Part shown: piece after piece, positions 20,101-25,923 of the stretch | Layout: each line of letters starts with the position of its first letter | Position numbering within the stretch: the stretch's first letter is position 1 | From: an uncultured Acidobacteriota bacterium | Lineage (GTDB): Bacteria; Acidobacteriota; Vicinamibacteria; Vicinamibacterales; UBA2999 | Reading direction: 5' to 3' | DNA length: 64,000 nucleotides | NCBI GenBank assembly: GCA_963827515.1 | Contig: CAWHBF010000023.1 | Location: forward strand, 511,281-575,280 | Translations under genes and position numbers: made by a program | Notes under the pieces: model-generated | Seen by the model: the letters and a program-made list of their open reading frames with translations, nothing else | What the model was told of the DNA's origin: nothing | The model's database searches: none

Positions 20101-20418
20101 CTCAACAGCTTCGTCGCGAACTACCTCATCCGCCTGCGCGTCAACACGCACGTGACGGTTGCGCTCGTCTCTCGACTGCCGGCGCCCGTCGTCCCGAGCA
20201 CATCCCCCGCGTTCGAGGCGCTCGTACGGCACGCCCGCACCCTTGCCGGCGGCCGCGGTCTGGCGGAGAGCATGCCGGAGTACGCCAGGGTCCAGGCACT
20301 GGTCGCACACCTCTACGGCCTGAGCGAACAGGACTTCGAACACATCCTGGAGACGTTCCCGCTCATTCCTGCGGAAGTCAAAGAGCGAGCGCTGCGTAAC
20401 TTCCGCGACTTCACCTGA
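17146..20418 (+). CDS. Large gamma-class N6-adenine DNA methyltransferase (Eco57I/PglX/type IIG-like architecture) with an N-terminal nuclease-like but apparently degenerate region and a C-terminal TRD-like region
   Basis: 1090 aa. The ATG lies 1 nt after the helicase stop. Motif X is FYTP (18304-18315). Motif I is LDPAMGSGAF (18403-18432). FGVDINPMAVQLARLSLWL is present. Motif IV is NPPW (19183-19194). The C-terminal tail is HLYGLSEQDFEHILETFP. Confidence 0.85.
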   Translation: MIAGMRGRLISATYARAAWHTLPGAISPSPMTIRALDTWSDRRERALGPASSVRAIVDVAVLPLLKLLGFDVSRRLDEPGRTTLTAQGSSGAAVPVLIVPWDEPLDRAWRSLVLDGVRSDARWCFCCNGAAWRIVDAHHTWSRRYLEFDLALVASEALARTIFWSVAHAEAMGARPPFLDLAGALSDHHGVAVCRSLGNGVLEALGRLFTALAASRPQRPPRVLFEQSLTVLYRILFLLFAEARGLVPMWHPVYRERYSIEAIVSELLAGRRYRGVWRAVLAISRLAHSGCSAGALKVTAFNGRLFAPAYSAAFDRTRIEDAVMADAVMAVGTTRTPTVGRARISYADLDVEQLGAVYERVLEYEPAPMGAPALNRTRDVRRSSGTFYTPRGVTAFLVRRTLEPLISDKSADEILRLRVLDPAMGSGAFLVGACRYLAAAVEESLIREGRWHSGDISAADRASVRREVAQRCLFGVDINPMAVQLARLSLWLATLASDKPLTFLDHHLVPGDSLVGATVGDVMRQPPGTRGRQRRTEALPLFEDTDLAPTLRHAVRTRIELANAPDESAAIVAAKEKILATLNRPASPLGRWSAVLDLWCASWFWDDGPPGRQLFRELSDRLLGKAATLPERASDRLLEHSASLATHYRFLHWPLTFPEVFSDEEGHSLPGAGFDAIVGNPPWDMVRADSGGLDARAGRRLEARRLVGFVRDAGIYRVESRAHVNRYQLFVERVLQLTRPGGRIGLVLPSGILSDSGAAPLRRHLFDRADIDSIAGLDNRNGIFPIHRSLRFVLLTATAGRPTSGPACRFGIRHADDLEAQAPARPPVVIARPLLARVSGDDDLGIPEIGGERDLKLLEKISARFQWLGSEHGWNVRFGRELNATDDSGAFAPFTGADGARPVLEGKQIEPFRVSIDTSRYELRPGITVKRVMRRARLAYRDVASATNRLTLIAAVIPARAATTHTLFCLKSHLSADAQQVLCCLLNSFVANYLIRLRVNTHVTVALVSRLPAPVVPSTSPAFEALVRHARTLAGGRGLAESMPEYARVQALVAHLYGLSEQDFEHILETFPLIPAEVKERALRNFRDFT

Positions 20419-20457
20419 TCACGGGCCACAGAGACACAGAGGCACAGAGGCATTCCC

Positions 20458-20844
20458 TTGGAAGTCACACGAGACGGTGTCCACGCCGCGTTGACGGACC
20501 AGATCCTGAAGTGCGCCATCGAAGTTCATCGACATCTGGGACCAGGGTTGCTCGAATCAATCTATGAATCCGCCTTGTGTTTCGAGCTGGCCGCGGCTGG
20601 GCTATCGTTCCAACGCCAAGTGGGCATTCCGCTCTACTACAAGGGCTTGCTGCTGTCGGAACACCGGCCGGACCTCGTGGTGGCCAACTCGGTGATTGTC
20701 GAAGTCAAGGCAGTCGAACGTTTCGATCCAATTCACACCGCGCAGATGCTGACGTATTTGCGCGTGACGGGTCTCCGCGTCGGGCTCGTGCTGAACTTCA
20801 ACAGTGCCTTGCTGAGGGACGGGATCCGCAGGGTCGTCCTGTAG
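20458..20844 (+). CDS. GxxExxY protein (PD-(D/E)XK nuclease-fold family)
   Basis: 128 aa with a TTG start. The signature GLLESIY lies at 20545-20565. PDLVVANSVIVEVKAV matches PD...ExK. The C-terminus is YLRVTGLRVGLVLNFN. Confidence 0.85.
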   Translation: MEVTRDGVHAALTDQILKCAIEVHRHLGPGLLESIYESALCFELAAAGLSFQRQVGIPLYYKGLLLSEHRPDLVVANSVIVEVKAVERFDPIHTAQMLTYLRVTGLRVGLVLNFNSALLRDGIRRVVL

Positions 20845-20876
20845 CGGGACGTGAGCCACAGTCTCCGCACGTTTAC

Positions 20877-20998
20877 CGGCCACAAAGTCACAGAGACACA
20901 GAGGCAAAACCAAGGTACTCGGGTCGCCGCGTGGGGGCTGAACCCTAGAACACGAAGGTGAGAATCGAACCTCTGCGTCTCTGTGCCTCTGTGGCCCG
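20877..20998. repeat. CACAGAG-family hairpin with a long (~62 nt) loop
   Basis: The arms ccggccacaaagtcacagagacacagaggca and cctctgcgtctctgtgcctctgtggcccg are inverted complements of each other. Confidence 0.8.
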
Positions 20999-21078
20999 TG
21001 GCCAAGCTGACCAGGTCCCGATTGATCACTCTGTGTCTCTGTGCCTCTGTGGCCCGTGAAGGTTAGGATTAGGAGGAC

Positions 21079-21897
21079 ATGAAGCAGAAGCTCTTTGCAG
21101 TGGCTGTCGCTATCACCGTTGCCGCGGCGATGCTGTCGGCCCAGGCGCCATCGACGAGCGGCGCGCAGCTGGCACCACCCGATGTGGCCGCGCCACCCGC
21201 CGACGCGGTCAAGACCGCATCGGGCTTGAGCTCTCGGGTGATCACACCAGGCACAGGATCCGAACAGCCCGCGCCAACCGACGTCGTGACCGTCCACTAC
21301 GCGGGTTGGACCGTGGAAGGCGCGCTGGTCGACAGTTCCAGAAGCCGCGGCGCACCGTCGATGTTCCCGTTGAACCGATCTCTGGTGGGGTGGCGTGAGT
21401 GCGTCCAGCTGATGAAAGTCGGAGAAACGCGGCGGTGCTGGCTGCCGGAGAACCTCGCCTACCAGGGTCAGGCCGGCAGGGCCCGCGGGATGATCGTATT
21501 CGACATCGAGTTGCTCGACACGCGTACGGCGCCAGCGATCGCACCGCCCGACGTGGCCGGTCCCCCGGATGATGCCAAGCGCACGGCTACAGGACTTGCT
21601 TACAAGGTGCTCAAGCCTGGCACCGGCACGCGCACACCCGCTCAGTGGAACAGAGTGACCGTGCACTACACCGGCTGGACGACCGACGGGAAGATGTTCG
21701 ACAGCTCGGTTGCGCGCGGCAAACCAGCCACGCTGGGGCTCGACGATGTGATCAGCGGCTGGAGAGAAGGCATGCAGCTGATGGTGGAGGGGGAGCGGAC
21801 GCGATTCTGGATTCCTCAGGCTCTGGCCTACAAGGGTGAAGCTGGTTCCCCCCGCGGCATGCTCGTCTTCGACGTCGACCTGATCAGAATCGAGTAG
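21079..21897 (+). CDS. Secreted tandem FKBP-type peptidyl-prolyl cis-trans isomerase
   Basis: 272 aa. Signal peptide MKQKLFAVAVAITVAAAMLSAQA. There are two FKBP repeats (VTVHYAGWTVEGALVDSS... and VTVHYTGWTTDGKMFDSS...GWREGMQLM). Confidence 0.9.
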   Translation: MKQKLFAVAVAITVAAAMLSAQAPSTSGAQLAPPDVAAPPADAVKTASGLSSRVITPGTGSEQPAPTDVVTVHYAGWTVEGALVDSSRSRGAPSMFPLNRSLVGWRECVQLMKVGETRRCWLPENLAYQGQAGRARGMIVFDIELLDTRTAPAIAPPDVAGPPDDAKRTATGLAYKVLKPGTGTRTPAQWNRVTVHYTGWTTDGKMFDSSVARGKPATLGLDDVISGWREGMQLMVEGERTRFWIPQALAYKGEAGSPRGMLVFDVDLIRIE

Positions 21898-21910
21898 CAG
21901 CAATATGTAG

Positions 21911-21932
21911 CGCGCAGGCTCTGGCCTGCGCG
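21911..21932 (+). terminator. GC-rich stem-loop downstream of the FKBP gene
   Basis: cgcgcaggc-tctg-gcctgcgcg forms a 9-bp perfect stem, 14 nt after the stop. There is no U-tract. Confidence 0.3.
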
Positions 21933-21956
21933 ACCGCCCGCGACCGCCAATCCCTT

Positions 21957-22580
21957 ATGACAACCCCCAGCGTCGAGTTGCGATCCGCCTTCGGCGAAAT
22001 CGACATCTACCTCTTCGACCAGCTCGCACGCGGACATTTCGATCGCCGGCGTCGCGTGCTCGATGCCGGCTGCGGGGACGGTCGCAACCTCGTCTTCTTC
22101 CTCAAGAACGGCTTCACCTGTTTCGGGATCGATCGCGACCAGGCGGCCATTGCACAGGTACGCGCGCTAGCCACCCGGCTGGCGCCGGCTACACCCCCTG
22201 CCCACTTCGTCACCGGTGAACTCGATGAGCTGCCTTGGCCGGATGGCAGCATGGACGCGGTCATCGCCAGCGCGGTGCTGCACTTCGTGCGCGACGAGCC
22301 TCATTTCGCGCGCATCGTCCAGGAGCTCTGGCGAGTCCTGGCCCCCGGGGGGCTGCTATTCGCTCGGCTGGCCTCGACGATCGGGCTGGAGGCCGTTCTG
22401 GGCCCGGTCGCCGGTACTCGCGTGCGCCTTCCAGACGGCTCGGATCGATTTGTCGTCGATTTGGCGATGCTAGTGGACTGGACGGAACGGCTAGGTGGTC
22501 ACCTGATCGACCCGATCAAGACCACCAACGTGCAAGGGCAACGATGCATGACGACCTGGTGTATCGGGAAGCCAGCCTGA
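21957..22580 (+). CDS. Class I SAM-dependent methyltransferase
   Basis: 207 aa with the SAM-binding motif VLDAGCGDGRNL and the post-I acidic residue in FGIDRD. Confidence 0.7.
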   Translation: MTTPSVELRSAFGEIDIYLFDQLARGHFDRRRRVLDAGCGDGRNLVFFLKNGFTCFGIDRDQAAIAQVRALATRLAPATPPAHFVTGELDELPWPDGSMDAVIASAVLHFVRDEPHFARIVQELWRVLAPGGLLFARLASTIGLEAVLGPVAGTRVRLPDGSDRFVVDLAMLVDWTERLGGHLIDPIKTTNVQGQRCMTTWCIGKPA

Positions 22581-22631
22581 CCGGCACTCGCACCAAAGTA
22601 GTGTCCGGCTTCAGCCGGACCTGCTGATCAC

Positions 22632-22775
22632 GGGCCACAGAGGCACAGAGTCACCAAGAACCTAGACAGCTTTTTCGATTCGGCGTAGAGCGGAGGCTGT
22701 TAGCCTCCGCGGACACCCGCACGCTGAAGCGTGCGCTCTACGTCGAAACGCAAACCGCTCTGCGTCTCTGTGGCC
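22632..22775. repeat. Composite repeat: CACAGAG hairpin arms enclosing a GTAGAGCG element
   Basis: The left arm is gggccacagaggcacagagtca (22632-22653). The nested element tttcgattcggcGTAGAGCGGAGGCTgtTAGCCTCCGCGGACACcCGCACGCTGAAGCGTGCGCTCTAC ends at 22741. The right arm is gctctgcgtctctgtggcc (22757-22775). Confidence 0.85.
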
Positions 22776-22793
22776 TGTCTGACCAGCCCGGTG

Positions 22794-23357
22794 TCAGGAT
22801 CCTGTGGACCACGGACGGCGTTCGCTGTGCTTTCGCAGCAGTTCGTACAAGACCACCCCAGCCGCCGTGGCCACATTGAGCGAGTGCTTCCGACCGAGCA
22901 TCGGAATGCGTACGTGCGTCCCACAATAGCCCGCGGCAGCCGGCGACACGCCCTCTGTCTCGTGGCCGAACACAAGGCACAGCGGCCACACAGGTGCCCA
23001 GTCGTAGAGATCGACCGCCTGCGGTGACGTCTCGACAGCCGCAACGTGATAGCCCGCAGCGATGGCCGTCTCGAGCGCCGAAGACGTGCTCGGCGCGTAT
23101 TCCCACGCGACCGTTTCTTCGGCGCCAAGGGCCGTCTTGGAGATGCCGTGTTTCTGTTTCCTGCCCTGATCCGGTCTCGGGGTGATCCCGCACAGCACCA
23201 GTTTTTCGAGGGCGCACGCGTCGGCGGTTCGAAAGAATGCGCCGGTGTTGTAGAGGCTGCGCACGTTGTCCAGCAGCACCACCACGGGCAGACGCGTGTA
23301 GTCCATTCGCGAAACGCGATTGACGCCGTCGCTGGGTTGAAATGGTATGCGGTCCAT
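22794..23357 (-). CDS. SpoU/TrmH-family RNA 2'-O-methyltransferase
   Basis: LLDNVRSLYNTGAFFRTADA, LVFGHETEGVS and IPMLGRKHSLNVATAAGVVLYEL are present. The start is taken at ATG 23357 (MDRIPF) because the 11 upstream codons (MSLCLCGPLNH) are a translated repeat. Confidence 0.8.
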   Translation of the reverse strand: MDRIPFQPSDGVNRVSRMDYTRLPVVVLLDNVRSLYNTGAFFRTADACALEKLVLCGITPRPDQGRKQKHGISKTALGAEETVAWEYAPSTSSALETAIAAGYHVAAVETSPQAVDLYDWAPVWPLCLVFGHETEGVSPAAAGYCGTHVRIPMLGRKHSLNVATAAGVVLYELLRKHSERRPWSTGS

Positions 23358-23367
23358 GTGATTCAAC

Positions 23368-23442
23368 GGGCCACAGAGGCACAGGGACACAGAGACGAAT
23401 TAGGTACCTTGATTCTCTCTGTGCCTCTGGGTCTCTGTGGCT
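23368..23442. repeat. CACAGAG-family hairpin element
   Basis: The sequence is gggccacagaggcacagggacacagagacgaattaggtaccttgattctctctgtgcctctgggtctctgtggct. Confidence 0.85.
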
Positions 23443-23474
23443 TGCGGGAGCCTCTTGTCCCGGGTCGCGCCCTT

Positions 23475-25077
23475 CTACTCTTCGACCATGTAGCCGTACT
23501 TGTAATCGGTGGGAGGCGAGAACGTTTCCTTGATCGTCCGCGCGCTGACCCATCGGAGCAGGTTGATCTTCGAGCCCGCCTTGTCGTTCGTTCCGGAGCC
23601 GCGTGCCCCTCCGAACGGCTGTTGCCCCACGACGGCACCGGTGGGCTTGTCGTTGACATAGAAGTTGCCGGCGGCATTGCGCAAGGCCGCCGCTGCCTGA
23701 TCGATCGCCGTTCGATCGCGGCTGAAGACAGCCCCGGTCAGGGCGTAGGGAGACGTCGAGTCAACGAGCCGTAACGTTTCCTCCCACTCACCGTCGGGAT
23801 ACACGAACGCCGTCACTACGGGTCCAAAAATCTCCTCGCGCATGAGCCGGTACTGCGGGTCCGCGGTCTCAACGAACGTCGGCTCGATGAAGTAGCCTCG
23901 TTCGTCGCTGACGGCGCCACCTTGAACGATCGTCGCGTTGCGTCGCGCATCGTCGAGATAGCCCGCGATCCTCGCGACGGCTTTTTCGTCGATGACAGCC
24001 CCGATGAAGGTGCGGAAGTCGCAGACGTCCCCCATCCTCATCTCCCGCATCATCGCGACGACCCGCTCCCGAACGTCGCTCCAGAGCGATCGCGGGACGT
24101 ACACGCGGCTTGCCGCCGAGCACTTCTGTCCCTGATACTCGAAGCCGCCTCGCACAATCGCCGTCGCGAGCTCCTGGACGGCGGCAGAGGGATGCGCCAC
24201 GATGAAATCCTTGCCCCCTGTTTCACCGACGAGTCGAGGGTAGCTCCTATAGCGCCCGATGTTGTCGCCAACCCTCTTCCACATTCCTTGGAAGACCTGG
24301 GTGCTCCCCGTGAAATGGATGCCGGCGAGGTCGGTGGATTCGAGCAGAACATCCGACACTTCAACCGGGTCACCGGGCACGAAGTTGATGACGCCCGGCG
24401 GCAGGCCAGCCGCTTCCAGAATCCGCATGACGTAGTAGCTGCTCAGGATCGAGCTTGCCGCCGGTTTCCAGACGACGGTGTTGCCCATCAGCGCCGGCGC
24501 GGTCGGGAGATTCCCTGCGATCGACGTGAAATTGAACGGCGTCACCGCATACACGACTCCCTCGAGCGGGCGGTAGTCCATCCGGTTCGAGGCTGCGTCG
24601 GGTACTAATCGGGTGCTCGGCATGGATCTCGGCCGCGAAGGCGGGGTTGAAGCGCCAGAAGTCGATCAGCTCGGACGCCGCGTCGATCTCCGCCTGAAAC
24701 GCCGTCTTCGACTGGCCGAGCATCGTCGCGGCATTCAACGTGGCCCGCCATGTGGTGGCGAGCAGGTCCGCGGCTCTGAGGAAGACCGCCGCACGCTCCT
24801 CGAGCGTTGACGCGGCCCAATCACCCCGCGCTCTCGTTGCGGCCGCCATCGCCTCCATGACGTGCGACGGCTCCGCACGGTGCCAATCCGCCAACACGTG
24901 GCGATGATTGTGAGGCATCACCACGTGGGCCATGTGACCGGTACGAACCTCCCTGCCGCCGATGATGAGTGGGATCTCGATCCTCTCTGACGCCATCGCC
25001 GACAGCCGCGCCTTCAGCGCCGCGCGCTCAGGCGAGCCCGGCAGATAGCTGAGGTTGGGTTCGTTGATTGGGGGCAT
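23475..25077 (-). pseudogene. pruA: L-glutamate gamma-semialdehyde (1-pyrroline-5-carboxylate) dehydrogenase with an apparent 1-nt insertion
   Basis: The N-terminal frame (24370..25077) reads ...ELIDFWRFNPAFAAEIHAEHPIS. The second frame (23475..24623) continues ...NRMDYRPLEGVVYAVTPFNFTSIAGNLPTAPALMGNTVVWKPA...EAGLPPGVINFVPG. The junction lies near 24598-24606 and contains a CCC run. Confidence 0.85.
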
Positions 25078-25089
25078 GGCGATCAGGGT

Positions 25090-25124
25090 AATTCAAAATG
25101 CAAAATGCAAAATTCAAAATTGAA
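25090..25124. repeat. AT-rich CAAAATG-family repeat, copy 1
   Basis: The sequence is aattcaaaatgcaaaatgcaaaattcaaaattgaa. It is the inverted complement of the copy at 25667-25710. Confidence 0.8.
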
Positions 25125-25148
25125 CTGGGAATTCGAAAGGGAGGCTGC

Positions 25149-25577
25149 TCAGACATCGCGAGCCTTCGTCTTGACAACAATGGCGCCGAGGATTCTGGCG
25201 ATCTGATCGCCTTCGTTTCGAAGGCGTTCGACTTCGGCTTTCGGTTCGATCTCGAGAGAGACACAGATGCGGAGCCAGTAAGCGCTTTCGCGCGCCTCTC
25301 GGAGGGCAATATCGACGTAACGAACGAACTCACGCCTTGACGAGGCCGCCTTGGCTTCTTCGAGATTGGCACCGACGCTCGTTGCGGATCTGAGCAGTTG
25401 GTCGGTGACGGGTCTGGTCCCCGTGCGAGTCACACCGAGCGCGAACCTGGCAACTTCGCAGGCGTAGCGGAAGGACCGATCTCGAATGTCCTGGCCGGAC
25501 TCAACGACCACTCTGCCACAGATTGCATGGTCGGGGCCATGTGACCGACGGTCAGGAACTGGGTGAAATGCTCGCAA
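25149..25577 (-). CDS. Four-helix-bundle protein (23S rRNA intervening-sequence protein family)
   Basis: RDRSFRYACEVARFAL...TDQLLRSATSVGANLEEAKAASSRREFVRYVDIALREARESAYWLRI matches the conserved core of this family. The true start is probably downstream of 25577. Confidence 0.75.
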   Translation of the reverse strand: MRAFHPVPDRRSHGPDHAICGRVVVESGQDIRDRSFRYACEVARFALGVTRTGTRPVTDQLLRSATSVGANLEEAKAASSRREFVRYVDIALREARESAYWLRICVSLEIEPKAEVERLRNEGDQIARILGAIVVKTKARDV

Positions 25578-25666
25578 CTCGAGGCCGGTCTCGGAAAGGT
25601 ACGCAGAAAATACCTAAGCCCGAACCGCTGTGCATCGTGAATCGTCCACCCAGTCTTGTCACATTT

Positions 25667-25710
25667 GGAATTCAATTTTGCATCTTGAATTTTGCATTTT
25701 GAATTTCAAC
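25667..25710. repeat. AT-rich CAAAATG-family repeat, copy 2 (inverted)
   Basis: The sequence is ggaattcaattttgcatcttgaattttgcattttgaatttcaac. Confidence 0.8.
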
Positions 25711-25879
25711 CACGGTTCGGCCACAAGAGGGCCAGCACTGCGAGAATCGGTGCGACCGCCAGCAGGCCCGCATCCCACAACGAACCCGATCCCCACGTCA
25801 TCACGCTCGCGACCAGCCAGACGGCAAATATGCCGTTCACAACGATAGCCATCAGACGCACGGCGGCGCGCGCTGTCAT
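25706..25879 (-). CDS. Possible small two-helix membrane protein
   Basis: MTARAAVRLMAIVVNGIFAVWLVASVMTWGSGSLWDAGLLAVAPILAVLALLWPNRG. Third codon positions are G/C-biased. It starts 8 nt after the MATE stop and lies between two repeat copies. No family was recognised. Confidence 0.3.
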   Translation of the reverse strand: MTARAAVRLMAIVVNGIFAVWLVASVMTWGSGSLWDAGLLAVAPILAVLALLWPNRG

Positions 25880-25887
25880 CTCATGGC

Positions 25888-25923
25888 TCAATTCTGCAAC
25901 TTGAACTTCGCATTTCGAATCTC
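25888..25923. repeat. AT-rich CAAAATG-family repeat, degenerate copy 3
   Basis: The sequence is tcaattctgcaacttgaacttcgcatttcgaatctc. It encodes the last residues of the MATE ORF (...EIRNAKFKLQN*). Confidence 0.6.

Larger units (their letters stand above)
20423..21056. mobile_element. Candidate inverted-repeat-bounded cassette carrying the GxxExxY gene (nested CACAGAG half-sites in the order L - gene - L - R - R)
   Basis: The left half-site is gggccacagagacacagaggcacagaggca (20423-20452). The gene spans 20458-20844. A second left half-site lies at 20877-20907. Right half-sites lie at 20970-20998 (cctctgcgtctctgtgcctctgtggcccg) and 21029-21056 (ctctgtgtctctgtgcctctgtggcccg). Mobility itself is not demonstrated. 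Confidence 0.4.

Noticed and set aside
14667-20418. I considered calling the helicase/MTase pair a bona fide BREX, DISARM or Type I RM locus.
   Set aside because: The defining partners (PglZ, BrxC, BrxL; DrmA, DrmB, DrmC; HsdR, HsdS) are absent from the window. Only a resemblance can be claimed.
20950-20970. There is a tRNA-like T-arm sequence (reverse complement GGTTCGATTCTC) inside the loop of the hairpin at 20877-20998. It could be a tRNA gene or an att-site remnant.
   Set aside because: The flanking bases do not pair to form a T-stem or an acceptor stem. No anticodon or D-arm can be drawn. It is probably a chance resemblance.
20602-21903. Long antisense ORFs might be extra genes. Examples are 20602..21903, 11996..13276, 35272..36585, 28960..29862, 39166..40152, 43237..44229 and 54580..55758 upstream of 55074.
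   Set aside because: They are Arg/Pro/Gly/His-rich shadow ORFs opposite well-supported genes, as expected in GC-rich DNA. None has a recognisable motif.
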